From assembly GCF_006345805.1 (NCBI RefSeq), contig NC_042997.1:194990001-195054000 (forward strand): a stretch of 64,000 bases of DNA, given 5' to 3'. Of the stretch, positions 49,201-62,434 are shown one piece after another (positions within the stretch are counted from its first letter, which is position 1; every line of letters begins with the position of its first letter). The translations under genes were made by a program, and so were the position numbers. This DNA comes from Octopus sinensis. Lineage: Eukaryota. The notes beneath the pieces were generated by a model. That model saw only the letters and a list, made by a program, of their open reading frames with translations, searched no databases and was not told the DNA's origin.

Positions 49201-49595
49201 TCTCTCTCTCTATATAAAGCTGAAGTTGTCAGTGTATGGCAGGCTTGGTAGCCTTCAACTAACACTATCTCCTCCGAGACCCTGGGGCGCAAGTTGACCA
49301 AAATTGAGAGTATGATACAAGAAGGCTTGCTCTTCCTTCCGTAGAAGAAAACATTCAAATCGGACCATGTTAACACCAAAAATTATTTACATCAAAAAGG
49401 TGCTTTTTTTCTATGAAAATTCCTATTTTTTACGTTTTTTTTTACTGCTGTGTCGCCGTTTTTCGGTGTATTTCAACCAGAAAAATGTTCACCTAAAGAG
49501 AATAACAAGCTACATAATGCAACATTTTTACTTTTCAAAAATTCCAATACTAAAGGGTCGAAACAAACCCGAGTAACGCCGGGCGGTATTGCTAG
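49201..49595 (+). mobile_element. Non-autonomous Helitron
   Basis: A|TCTCT...cccgagtaacgccgggcggtattgCTAG|T. Confidence 0.85.
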
Positions 49596-50407
49596 TTCTC
49601 AGATATATCTCGACTGCATGGTGAAATGTGTTGTATTTGACTTAAGTCGATAGGTATCTGATTTGGGAGAGATTTAGTTACAATTTCTAGGAGGAAAAGT
49701 GGCCATTTAAGGATTTCCCTATAAAAGTTATGGCTGTTGTGTCTCCGGCGAGATTAGAAATCATATCTTGCAGTATTTAGTTGCATTCTTTTACGATTTG
49801 AGTTCAAATTCTGTCGAGATCGACTCAGTTATTCAATTTCCAGGGGTGTGTGTAAAGGAGGGGAGGTGGACAATAAAGGAGCCTCTATGTAATTATTGAC
49901 CAGCTAGAAATAGCAGCCAAATCTCTCTCAAATCATCACCCACTGACACATTAGATAACGTAGACTTAAATATCCCCCCCCCCAAATATGGAATGATCTG
50001 CTCAGTCAGTATTGACTTAGGTAAACAACAATTTTTCGGGTTCGTTAAAAACCCAGCTTAATGTTTACATCTCTAGGTCAGACTGACCGAGTAATTCAAA
50101 GGTGTTCCGGTCATGACCATCCGTCTTTTTTTTTTTTTTTTGCAGCTGCTTCTAGCCTGACGAGGGCAGGAACTAGGACGATGAACTCAACACAGGTGAT
50201 GAAAGAGAGATGAGTGGATATGCATGTTAGTGCCTATGCTTGTTTAGAACACCCACCTCTATTTCTCTTCACATTTTGCTGTTCCAGAGTCACCAGGGTA
50301 GTTATACAACTCACACTTATTTAATTTTGCTTTTATGTCAAATATTAATAGAAACAAGTTTAAGATTGAAATTAACAATTACTCGACTTTTTGTTTTTGA
50401 AGAGTAC

Positions 50408-51056
50408 ATCCATCATCGTTTAACGTCCGCTTTCCATGCTAGCATGGGTTGGACGGTTCAACTGGGGTCTGGCAAGCCCGAAGGCTGCACCAGGCCAGTC
50501 AGATCTGGCAGTGTTTCTACAGCTGGATGCCCTTCCTAACGCCAACCACTCCGAGAGTGTAGTGGGTGATTTTATGTGCCACTGACACAGGTGCCACGCG
50601 AGGCTGGCAGACGGCCACACTCGGATGGTGTTTTTTATGTGCCACCGACACAGGTGCCAGACGAGGCTGGCGAACGGCCACGCTCGGATGGTGTTTGTTA
50701 CGTGCCCACAGCACGGAGGCCAGTCGATGCGGTACTGGCTACGGTCACGTTCGGATGGTTTTCTTGTGTGCCACTGGCACTGGTACCACAAGGATACAAA
50801 TTCCATTGATGTTCATCTATTTTGATTTGATTTGATTTTCACTTGCCTCAACAGGTCTTCACAAGTGTCACAAGAAGGAAGGTATGCACAGGTGGACTGA
50901 CTACGTCCCAGGCAGGGGCCACAGGTTATGGCTTCACTAGTCTTGCCGGGTCTTCTCACGCACAGCATACTTCCATAGGTCTCGGTCTCTAGTCATTTCC
51001 ATGGTGAGACCTAACGTTCGAAGGTCGTGCTTCACCACCTCGTCCCAGGTTTTCCT
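50408..51056 (-). mobile_element. RTE LINE 3' end: ORF C-terminus plus contiguous 3'UTR (family C)
   Basis: RKTWDEVVKHDLRTLGLTMEMTRDRDLWKYAVREKTRQD* followed directly by (aaatc)n, tandem hairpin units and a (GAT)n tail. Confidence 0.85.
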
Positions 51057-51124
51057 ATAATAATATTCATGTGTTTTACTCTGTCCCAACACGAGAATGA
51101 GAAAGGAAGGGGTGATGGCAAATT

Positions 51125-51465
51125 GGTAGTGGGATGTTGAAAAAATCAAACAGCGTTTCAACTCTGTGTGGCTATATGTGTGTGTGTATATAAAAAAAGA
51201 TGTGTGTGCACGCAATTGAAGTGGGATGGTGAATATTCAGTGCTGAAAAGAAACATCAAACAGTGTTTCAACTCTGTGTGAGTATATGTGTGTGTATGTA
51301 AAAAAGAAGGTATGTGAACATGTGTTTGTGTGTGTGTGTGTTGTGTGTGTGTGTGCATGCGCGCGCACACACACAATGGAAGTGGGATGGTGAACATTCA
51401 GTGCTGAAAAGAAAAATCAAACAGCGTTTCAACTGTGTGAATGTATGTATGTATGTGTGTGCGTG
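51125..51465. repeat. Three tandem copies of a ~95-160-bp unit with variable TG tracts
   Basis: gtgggatg...aaatcaaacagcgtttcaact.tgtg repeated three times. Confidence 0.8.
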
Positions 51466-51742
51466 TACAAGGGAAGTATGTGAATGTTTATATATGTGAA
51501 CCAGCATTCTTTCAGTATCAAACGATGATTGATGTCACATCTCAAAGGACAACCATCAGATAACATTGACAAATGTATTAATTTGAATTACCATCCATAT
51601 TCTATCTTTTGTCCTTATTTATATATAAAATACTACAATTAGCTGTCATTTTTCATGGCATGGGTACAGCTGGTGTTTAATAACGTTTTACAAGTGGAAT
51701 GACAATAACTTCAAAGTTTTGGCTTGCATTGTTATGTATATA

Positions 51743-52290
51743 TGAGCAAATCGCCCGCTGTCCAATGGGCGGTGCTGAGTTGTCAAACATTTAAACCAAA
51801 TTTTCTCAAAGCAACTTGTTCGACCATCCCATAGGCCTCCCCTTTGAGAAACACTGATTTAACCAAAATTTGAGACACCAGCAAAAGAAGAAATAAAGAT
51901 AGACTTTTCTTCTGTTCCAAAGAAAAACGATTTTATTCACACAAGTATGCAAGCGAAGAGTTTAAAGTCTCAGTAATGATAAGGGAGAACACAAACATGG
52001 TTTAAACAGTAAGCTTGGCAGAAAAGAAAAGTGCCTTTAAGCTGTACAAAGACAACAAAAAATGGAAGGTGCAGTTATGTACAGGTTGACGGAAGAAAAG
52101 CAGGACAAAAATGGCTTTATCGATTGCATTCTCACCTGGAATCGATTTTTGTAATTTTTTCAAGACTTATACACACCCTGATACCGTCAGTATCTACACA
52201 TCAAATTTGAGCACAATCGGATGGAGGATGCCCGAGATCCGAAAAGACACACACACAGACAGACAGACAGAACGGATTTTATATAAGAGA
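51743..52290 (-). mobile_element. Older non-autonomous Helitron
   Basis: A|TCTCTTATATAAAA start with (tctg)n; hairpin cgcccattggacagcgggcg near the 3' end; CTAG degenerate. Confidence 0.6.
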
Positions 52291-53577
52291 TTAGTTCAAT
52301 GCTTAAAATGTTTTTTAACTACTGCCTTATTCCCTTCACTCATGCTTTTTCAATGCCCCTAGCTAAGTTCCAACAAAATTAAATAGACCACAAAAATTTG
52401 CCACCAACAGATTGATCACCATTAAAATACAAGACATACTTTCATTAATATAATTTGGAATGTTAGAACATTTCGACAAGATGGTCAAAATTAGAGCAAT
52501 CAAAAGATAGGTCTATTACATTATGACTTCTTCCTTTGTCCTCATCACTCATATGAAAAAAAAATTTCTATCCAATTTAAGGACTGCACTTATATGTCAG
52601 TAAGCAGTGAATATAACTTATTAAACTATCTTCACTTGAAGTCACAAAAATTAAACTTTTTGAAAAGAGGAAAAAAAACCCGAGCACCCTGAAATATAAA
52701 AAAATATTAAACTATTTTTTCTTTAATAAATTATTCTTTGTCTTGTCCTTGCAGAAATATATGTTATGTTAGTGTTACTGAAATTAAGATTGTGAGCTTT
52801 AAAAAGTTAATTAGAAATAATTATGGGATGAGTTTAAAAATAAATATGCCTTAACAACTAATGATGTTTTAATTATTCCGTCAAGTAAGGGAAACAATTC
52901 CACATAACTTTCAGTTTAATTAGACAACTAATCCTTTTTACTCTAGGCAAGAAAGCCTGAAATTTAGGGGGAGGGGACCAGTTGAAATGAATGACCCCAG
53001 TACGCAACTGGTACTTAATTTATCGACCCTGAAAGGATGAAAGGTATCGTGGTCCACCTATCGTGCACTCAGTACACTTACTAGAAATAACTACCAATGT
53101 CACACTCTGTTGTCTTGGACACATTGCATAATTTGGTCCTGTGAAAACGATAGGATGGTCATGGATGTAACGACTTTGCTCATAAAACAATTCAATCAAA
53201 GCTAATTTGGGGCTAAATAAACACTAACAAGCCAATGAAGAGGGGCATTACTCTGAATCTTTAACCTGCAAGAAATTGCAGCCAAATCCTCTAACCTGAA
53301 TATAGTATATCTTTTATCCTTTATCTGTTTCAGTCTTTGGGTTGTGGCCATACTGCAGCACCACCTTTGAAGGGTTTAGCTGAAAAACTTGAACTCAATA
53401 CTTACATTTTAAGTCTGGTATTTATTCTATTAGACTCTGTTGCTATTATGTTACAGGAACATAAACAAACCAACAACAGTTGTCAAGTGTATGTGTGTAT
53501 GTGTAAACAATACAAACACAGTAACACACGGAGATATGTACACATAATTATATACATATATATACATACACACACAC

Positions 53578-53645
<68 letters not shown>

Positions 53646-54869
53646 TATATATACAACATACATATATGCAGGCATGGCTGTATGGTAAGATGCTTGCTTC
53701 CCAACCACATGGTTCTGGGTTCAGTCCTACTACATGGCACCTTGGGCAAGTGTCTTTACTACAGCCTCAGGCCAACCAGACCCTTGTGAGTGGATTTGGT
53801 AGATGGAAACTGAAAGAAGCCTGTCATATATATATATATATTTAAGTATGCGTCTTTGTGTCTGTGTTTGTCCTCCCCCACCATCACTTGACAACTGATG
53901 TTGGAGTGTTTATGGCCCTACAACTTAGCGGTTTAGCAAAAAAGAGTGATAGAATTAGTACCAGGCCTACAAAGAATAAGTTCAGGGGTCAATTTCTTTG
54001 ACTAAAAGGCGGTGCTTCAGCATGGCCACAGACAAACAACTGAAATAAATAAAATACACACACACACACAAATATATATGATGGTCTTCTATCAGTTTCC
54101 AGTTACCAAAACCAACACACAAGGTTTTGCCTAGGGCTATAGAAGAAGACACTTGCCCAATGTGCCATGCAGTGGGATTGAACCCAAGATCACATAGTTG
54201 TGAAGCAAGCTTCTTGTCCACACAGCCATGCTTCTGCTTATAACCACAACAAAAAAAAAAGACATGATGGCTTTGATAATAGGTCTACTTAATGTTGATC
54301 TAGAGTAAATATTCATTTCTACTTTAAGCATAAGACCTGAAATTTGGGGGGAGGGGGTAAGTTCATTACATCGACCTCCAATATTCAACTGGTACTTATT
54401 TCATCAACTCCAAAAGGATGAAAGGCAAAGTCGACCTTTGCAGAATTAGAACTCAAAATATACAGACAAATGTGATGCCAGTAAGTATTTTACCTGGTAT
54501 GCTAATGACCCGGTCAGTTCGCCACCTTTGAGTATGTGTCATGATTACCAAAAGAAATCAATAATGACAAACATCCAATGTGATCGCCTCAACTGCTATA
54601 ATCAGTTATACAGTATAACTGAATGTTGTCAGGTGCTGGAGTGGCTGTGTGGTTAAGAAGTTTGCTTCCAAAGTATATGGTTCCAGGTTCAAGTCTCTGT
54701 GTGTTGCATCTTGGGAAAATGCATTTTACTAGAAGTTTGCAATTCCAGGCCAGCCAATGCCTTGTGAATGGATTTGGGAGATGGAAACTAAAAGAAGCCC
54801 AGTGCATCCGTCCTTGTGTTTGTTCCTCCCTGCTACCCCCACTGCTTGACATCTATCCCTAGTTTCCTC

Positions 54870-56618
54870 ATTGACCACCAGATAAGGGATCAGGGGACCC
54901 TGTCAAAGGCTTTCTCCATGTCAATGAAAGCCAGGTACAGGGGCTTATCTTTGGCTAGGTATTTCTCCTGCAGCTGTCTTACCAGAAATATAGCATCAGT
55001 GGTGCTTTTCCCTAGCATGAAACCAAACTGACTCTCTCCCTAATTAGTTGGGCTATGACCCTCTCCGTGATCTTCATTACCTGATCCAACAGCTTGATAC
55101 CTCTGTAATTATTTGTATCTAAAGCGTCACCTTTACCTTTGTAGCAGTTGACTATTATGCTGCTACACCAGGTCATTGGGTATGACTCCTTTGTGTATCA
55201 CTCGGTTAATTATACGGGTGACTAGGCTATAGCCAACACTGCCAGATATTTTCAGCATCTCTACAGTAATTCCTGATGGGTCAGGGGATTTCCCTGTCTT
55301 CATACTTTTAATTGCTTTATCTACCAAGGTACTGTCAACTCAGATAGCTGATCCCTCTGTTGGGTCAACATTCAGCAGACTCTCTTTCTCCCATTCATTT
55401 TCTTTATTCAGCAACCTTTCATAGTGGCGTCTCCAAACCTCTCTCTTTGCAGCCCCATTTAGCACAAGAGAACCATCATCTATGCGGACATATTTCTCTC
55501 CTACAACATCAGGATTCTCTCTTACACACTGTCTTGCAACACAAAATACCTCAAGTCTTTGATCCTCATGGCACAGAACATTGTCAAATTTTTTCTTATC
55601 TGCTTCCCCTCTGGCTAAATAAACCTGTCTCCTAGCTTCTCTTCTGGCAGTCTGATACAATTCCCTGCTACCACCATTCTTCCAGTCCTTCCAAGCCTGT
55701 CTTTTTTCTCTAATAGCCTTGTCTACAACATTGTTCCACCACCACGTTATTTTGGGTCGAGAGGGGACTTTGCACCATCCACATATCTGGTCAGTGGCTC
55801 TCAGCAGGTTGTCCCGTAGAAACCTCCAGTTGTCTTCTACACCATGTGAAGCTATATCCCCTTCTATTTTGTCAAAGGCTTCGAGTAATATGTCTCTAAA
55901 TCTCTGTCTATTCGCAGGATCTTTAAGCTTCCAGACCCTTCTTCTCCATGTTGGTCGCCTTCTGGGTGTCCACTTAGACCTGATCCTAAAGTCACTAACT
56001 ACCAGTCTATGTTGTGGGGTATATTCTTCACCTGGGAAGGTTTTGGCAATTATAAGCAGCCATCTTTCCCTTTTTCTGGCAAGAATATAGTCAATTTGGC
56101 TAGTATATCGGCCCGATCGGTAGGTGACTGGTAGGTTTCCTGAAGTTAGTATTGCAAACCATAAGATCATTTGCATCGCAAAACTCCAGCAGCCTGGTTC
56201 CCTCCTCATTGTGGGAACCATAACCGTAGCCTCCATGTACGCCATGGAAGCCCCCTGTATGTTGTCCAACATGTCCATTGAAGTCACCAGCCACAAAGAG
56301 AAGGTCCCTGTCGTTCATCAACGAAGTAGTCTGCAGTAGGGTGTCATAAAATCGATCTTTCTGTCCATTGGGTAGCCCCGGCTGAGGGGTATAGGCCGAT
56401 ATAATGGTTGCTAACTCATGGTAAAGCACTAATATAATCTTAAGTATTCTGTCGCATACTCTGACTACTGCAATTACCTTATCTACCAATTTTTCAGCAA
56501 GAAGTATATACACACCCCCGACCCTGGAAGTGTTCCCCACCCAGAAAATCTTGTACCTGTGTTCTTTGCCTGTGAGGAACCTAGCAGGACCTCCTCTCCA
56601 CCTTACTTCTTGGATGCA
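54870..56618 (-). mobile_element. RTE-clade LINE, APE endonuclease to RT N-part, frameshifted
   Basis: CIQEVRW, IISAYTPQ, VAGDFNGHVG, NEEGTRLLEFC, TYRSG..SQIDYIL, QHRLVVSDF, WWWN, and DMEKAFDRVP near 54900. Confidence 0.92.
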
Positions 56619-56619
56619 A

Positions 56620-57383
56620 TCCTTTCTACTATAGGCATAAGGCCTGGATTTTGTGGGGATGTGGAGAGTCAATCACATCGACCCCAGTACTCAACTGGTA
56701 CTTAATTTATTGACTCCCCCCCCCCCGAAAGGATGAAAGGCAAAGTTGACCTTGGTGGAACTTGAACTCAGAATGTAGCGACAAGTGCAATACCTATTTC
56801 CTTACTACCCACAAGGAGCTAAACACAGAGAGTACAAACAAGGACAGACAAACGGATTAAGTCGATTACATCGACCCCAGTGTGTAACTGGTACTTATTT
56901 AATCGACCCTGGAAGGATCAAAGGCAAAGTCTACCTCGGCGGAATTTGAACTTGGAATGTAATGGCAGGCGAAATACCGTTGAGCATTTTGCCCAGCATG
57001 CTAACGATTCTGTCAGCTCGCCAATCCTTTCAACTATAGGCACAAGGCCTGAAATTTGGAAGAAGAAGTCAGTTGATTATATCAACTCTAGTATGCAACT
57101 GGTATGTATTTCATTGACCTAGAAAAGAATTTGAACTCAGATGAAATGCCTATTTCTTTACTACCCACAAGGGGCTAAACACAGAGGAGACAAACAAGGA
57201 CAGACAGCCGGATTAAGTCGATTATATCGACCCCAGTGCGTAACTGGTACTTATTTAATCGACCCCAAATGGATGAAAGGCAAAGTCGACCTTGGCGGAA
57301 TTTGAACTCACAACGTAAAGACAGACGAAATACAGCCACGCATTTCGCCTGGCGTGCTAACGGTTCTGCCAGCTCGCTGCCTT
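56620..57383 (-). mobile_element. SINE family A multimer cluster truncating the RTE 5' side
   Basis: About four consecutive family A units. Confidence 0.8.
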
Positions 57384-58204
57384 TATAGATAGATGAAATA
57401 ATGCCACTAAGCATTTTGTCCGGTGTGCTAACAAATATATATAAGGAGTCCAAATAACCCTTTCATCATCACCATTTTACGTCTCTATTTTATTCCATGT
57501 CTGCATCTTCTACCATTTTTGTGTGGTTCAGCTTCCTGAGATTATCTTTCACCATTTCCTCCCATGAAATTCTGTCATCCTCTTCCAAAAATGTCTACCT
57601 TTAACTTTGCTGACCATCATCACATGGTCAGTCTTTTCTCTTGCAAACTATATCTGATTCCTCTTACACACTGTTCTTCTCTGACTCATTTGTGATCAGT
57701 CTCTGAAGAAACCCCAGCATGGAACTGAAACTAGAACCAGATGATGCCTCTTTTTTTGTCTACGTAGACAGTGCTGGTTAAAATTAACAGATAGAGTGTG
57801 CAGTACAAAATACCATTATAAAAATTAAAACACACGAATATAGAGAAAAGAGAGAGGAAGAGAGAATCAGCCGAAATTATGAGGATGATCCGGTTCTTGA
57901 CTGAGGATAAAAAGCTTCGAATGACCCGTCCTTGTTTTTTGTATCGTCTATCTGGATGTTTTGTTGTCCCTTTTTGTATCACCTAGTTGTCCCGGTGTTT
58001 TGCGTTCTTGTCCCATTTTGTATTATATATATATCTTTTAAATTTGTTGACGGGAAACGTTTTGAATATGCAAATAAAATTCCTATTCCATTATGCTGGC
58101 TACATCTAATGATGCTGATTGGTGAACCAGTAGATGTGACATATATATATCACATCTACATACTTTGTATGTTGATACATACATTGTAATATACAGATTC
58201 ATAT

Positions 58205-59115
58205 ATGCATACGTACTCGCACACACAAATATATATACATACATATACACACACATATATACATATATATACACACACAAATATATATACATACATAAAC
58301 ACACAAATATATATACATACATATACACACAAATATATATACATACATATACACACAAATATATATACATACATATACACACAAATATATATACATACAT
58401 ATACACACAAATATATATACATACATATACACAAATATATATACATACATATACACAAATATATATATATACATATATATATATACATACATATACACAC
58501 AAATATATATATATATATATACACATATATATATACATACATATACACACAAATATATATATATATATACACATATATATATATACATACATATACACAC
58601 AAATATATATATATATACACATATATATATACATACATATACACACAATATATATATATATTATATATATATAATATACATATATATACACACACAAATA
58701 TATATATACATATATATACATACATATACACACAAATATATATATATACATATATATACATACATATACACACAAATATATATATATATATATAACATAT
58801 ATATACATACATATACACACAATATATATATATATACATATATATACATATACACACAAATATATATATATAACATATATATACATACATATACACACAA
58901 TTATATATATATATACATATATATACATACATATACACACAAATATATATATATAATATATATATATACATATATATATATACATATATATATATACATA
59001 ATATATATATATAAATACATACATAATATATATATACATATATATATATATATAAATACATACATATATATATAAATACATACATATATATATAAATACA
59101 TACATATATATATAA

Positions 59116-59154
<39 letters not shown>

Positions 59155-59212
59155 CATACATTATATATATATATATATAAATACATACATATATAAATCA
59201 TACATATATATA
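58205..59212. repeat. ~1-kb AT-rich (TA/TACA/CA) satellite
   Basis: Units such as acacacaaatatatatatacatacatat. Confidence 0.95.
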
Positions 59213-60080
59213 TTTGCAGATGACTCCAAGCTACAGATCATAATACTACACATGCCTTCAGTATCTACTATCCAATGGGCAGAAAACAATATGCTCTGAC
59301 GAGGATAAATTTGAGCTAATCCACTTTGGAAAAGAGGATGCCCTGAAACACCTATATCCCTTCCTTCATAAATACTCTCGCGGCGTCAACAACATCATAG
59401 ACTTGGGAGTAATTGTGGACAACACGTAAGCTGGATCATATAAACCCAAAGTTGACATGGCCCGCATAATGTGTTCCTGGATTTCTCAGACTTTCATCGA
59501 GAGATATCCACACATTATATCTTCTACTTTTGAATTGAATACTGTTGTCCACATGTGGTCTCCCCCACATACAAGGTATCATAAAGTTGAAGCACCTCAA
59601 AGGGCATACAAAAAAAGATAGATGGCATACAGGCCTCGACTATTGGGTCGACTAGAAAGCTAAAAACTCTATTCTCTCCAACGTCGTCGTAGTCTACATC
59701 ATCTATGATGTGGAAAATATTCCATCACATTGCCCATATGTTGGCATCACCTTAAGGTACATCCATTGGCCCGTGATCCGCCAAAACAAATCGCACTCTC
59801 ATCTCATAACAACAATACGGCATACATTATTTCACCTCAATTGGCCCCGCTCTCTTTAACATTACACCAAAAACATTAACAGAAACTATATAGGTTCAAG
59901 AGTCTTTGGACAGATTCCTTCAAGAAATCCCGGATAAACCCCCTACAACACATATGTCTCTGTAAACATACTCTCTACTTGAGTGGGCATAGTGCCCAAA
60001 TTCTGACAAAGACTTCACAGGTGGTATATTAAGTTAGACATGGCTGGGCCAATATGGCCGAAACCATCAAAGTATAAAGT
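59213..60080 (+). mobile_element. CR1/Jockey-group LINE 3' half (RT fragment), heavily frameshifted
   Basis: FADDSKL, KFELIHFGK, DLGVIVD, ELNTVVH/EYCCP-like segment, LKLYSLQRRR, LDRFLQEIPDKP; tail aaagtataaagta. Confidence 0.8.
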
Positions 60081-60109
60081 ATATATATATATAATACATA
60101 CATATATAA

Positions 60110-60142
<33 letters not shown>

Positions 60143-60928
60143 AATACATACATATATAATACATACATATATATATATATATATAATAAATACATACATA
60201 TATAATACATATATATATATATATATAAATACATAATATATATAAATACATACATATATATATATATATAAATACATACATATATAATATATACATATAT
60301 ATATATATATATATAATATATAAATACTACATATATATAAATACATACATATATAAATACATACATATATATATATATATATAAATACATACATATATAT
60401 AATATATATAAATACATACATATATATATATTATATATAAATACATACATAATATATAAATACATACATATATATATATATATAAATACATACATATATA
60501 TATAATATAAATACATACATATATATAAATACATACTACATATATATATATATATATATAATACATACATATATATATATATATATATAAATACATACAT
60601 ATATATATATATATATAAATACATACATATATATATAATATATAAATACATACATATATATATAAATACATACATATATATATATATATATAAATACATA
60701 CATATATATATATATATAAATACATACATATATATATATATATAAATACATACATATATATATATATATAAATACATACATATATATATATATATAAATA
60801 CATACATATATATATATATATATAAATACATACATATATATAAATACATACATATATAAAACATACATATATATATATATATAAATACATACATATATAT
60901 ATATATATAAATACATACATATATAAAT

Positions 60929-60966
<38 letters not shown>

Positions 60967-61135
60967 CATACATATATAAATACATACATATATATATATA
61001 TATATAAATACATATATATATATATATTAAATACATACATATATATATATAAATACATAATATATATATATAAATACATATATATATATAAATACATACA
61101 TAATATATATATATATTATATATATATATATATAT
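60081..61135. repeat. ~1-kb (aaatacataca(ta)n) satellite
   Basis: Visible tandem array. Confidence 0.95.
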
Positions 61136-61874
61136 GATTGATTGATTGATTCTAGTTTCAGCTTATGAGTTGTGGCCATGCTGGGGCACCGATATATATA
61201 AACCCCACCATTTATTGATCTATATATAAATACATACATATACACACGCACAAATAGTTACATAAGCAAGCGTACAAATACAAGTGTGTGTGATTTCAAA
61301 ATGTCAGAAAAATGAAAATGAACAATATAAAAAGGAAATAAAAACTGAATGAAGAATTAAAGTTTATTAAACACGGATATATATATATATATATTACTCC
61401 TGAATATTTAATAGGAACAAACATGTAGTTTAATAAATTCCACTGCCACAGGCAATAAACATAACTTGTGCTAAAGCAGTATTATTCAAGTTTTGTATTA
61501 AAATGCCATTTCCATTCTATCAACTTGAAGAAAATAAGGAAGTTAAGTAAACGAAATAATTTTTCTGCTCAATGCCATTAATCTGTCTTGAGACGAATCC
61601 GCCTGAGATAGAGCCTGGTTCGATGACACAGTCAAATGCCTAGCAGACTTCGAAATAAGATATACAAACATATATATATATAAACGAATTGGACAGCCAT
61701 GAAACGATCGTAGTGTTTTACTCATTATCTTTTATTAAACTTTTAATACTTTTGATATATATTTAAAATAATATAAATTAATTAATTTTATGTATTGGAT
61801 TATGTTTTTCATTGTTTGATTTGCCTAATAGTGGTTTTATCTCTAATTTAATATATATATATATATACATATAT

Positions 61875-62100
61875 AAATAATGTGGCGATGTTTCGATTAT
61901 ATTTGATGCATAGAAATAATATTTAGTATTCTAGTATTCAATAGAAATGCTTTGCGCAGTTTTTGATGATGTAACCCGTTTTGACATCTTACAAGTGTCC
62001 ACAGAGATGTGTCTACCCTTGAGATGCCTGTGTATTAATATATTTGTGATCTTTATAATGCACCACACACAAATATATATCGTATTTTTTATATGATCTT

Positions 62101-62133
<33 letters not shown>

Positions 62134-62266
62134 AGATCGTGGACACTTGTAAGATGTCAAAACGGGTTACATCATCAAAAACTGCGCAAAGCATTTCTAT
62201 TGAATACTAGAATACTAAATATTATTTCTATGCATCAAATATAATCGAAACATCGCCACATTATTT
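61875..62266. repeat. Perfect 128-bp inverted repeat with a 136-bp spacer
   Basis: 61875-62002 is the reverse complement of 62139-62266. Confidence 0.92.
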
Positions 62267-62380
62267 TGCTTCCAGAAAGAAAAAAACTTTCAAAATTACG
62301 ATGTCTATTTACCTTTGAGATGTGTGAGTGTGTGTGTGTATGATGCAGTTAAATATGTCCGGTCATAGAGTGACCAGTGG

Positions 62381-62434
<54 letters not shown>

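Noticed and set aside
55340-56672. Host gene resembling craniofacial development protein 2 or an endonuclease
   Set aside because: It is a frameshifted, intronless RTE LINE ORF with other fragments elsewhere in the window.
57890-57930. ctgagga...cgaat hammerhead-like motif (related to 3965-3995)
   Set aside because: GAAA is replaced by GAAU and stem II is not formed; at best a decayed remnant.
58083-61251. Long Tyr/Ile/Met/Cys ORFs (up to 372 aa)
   Set aside because: They are translations of TA/TACA satellites.
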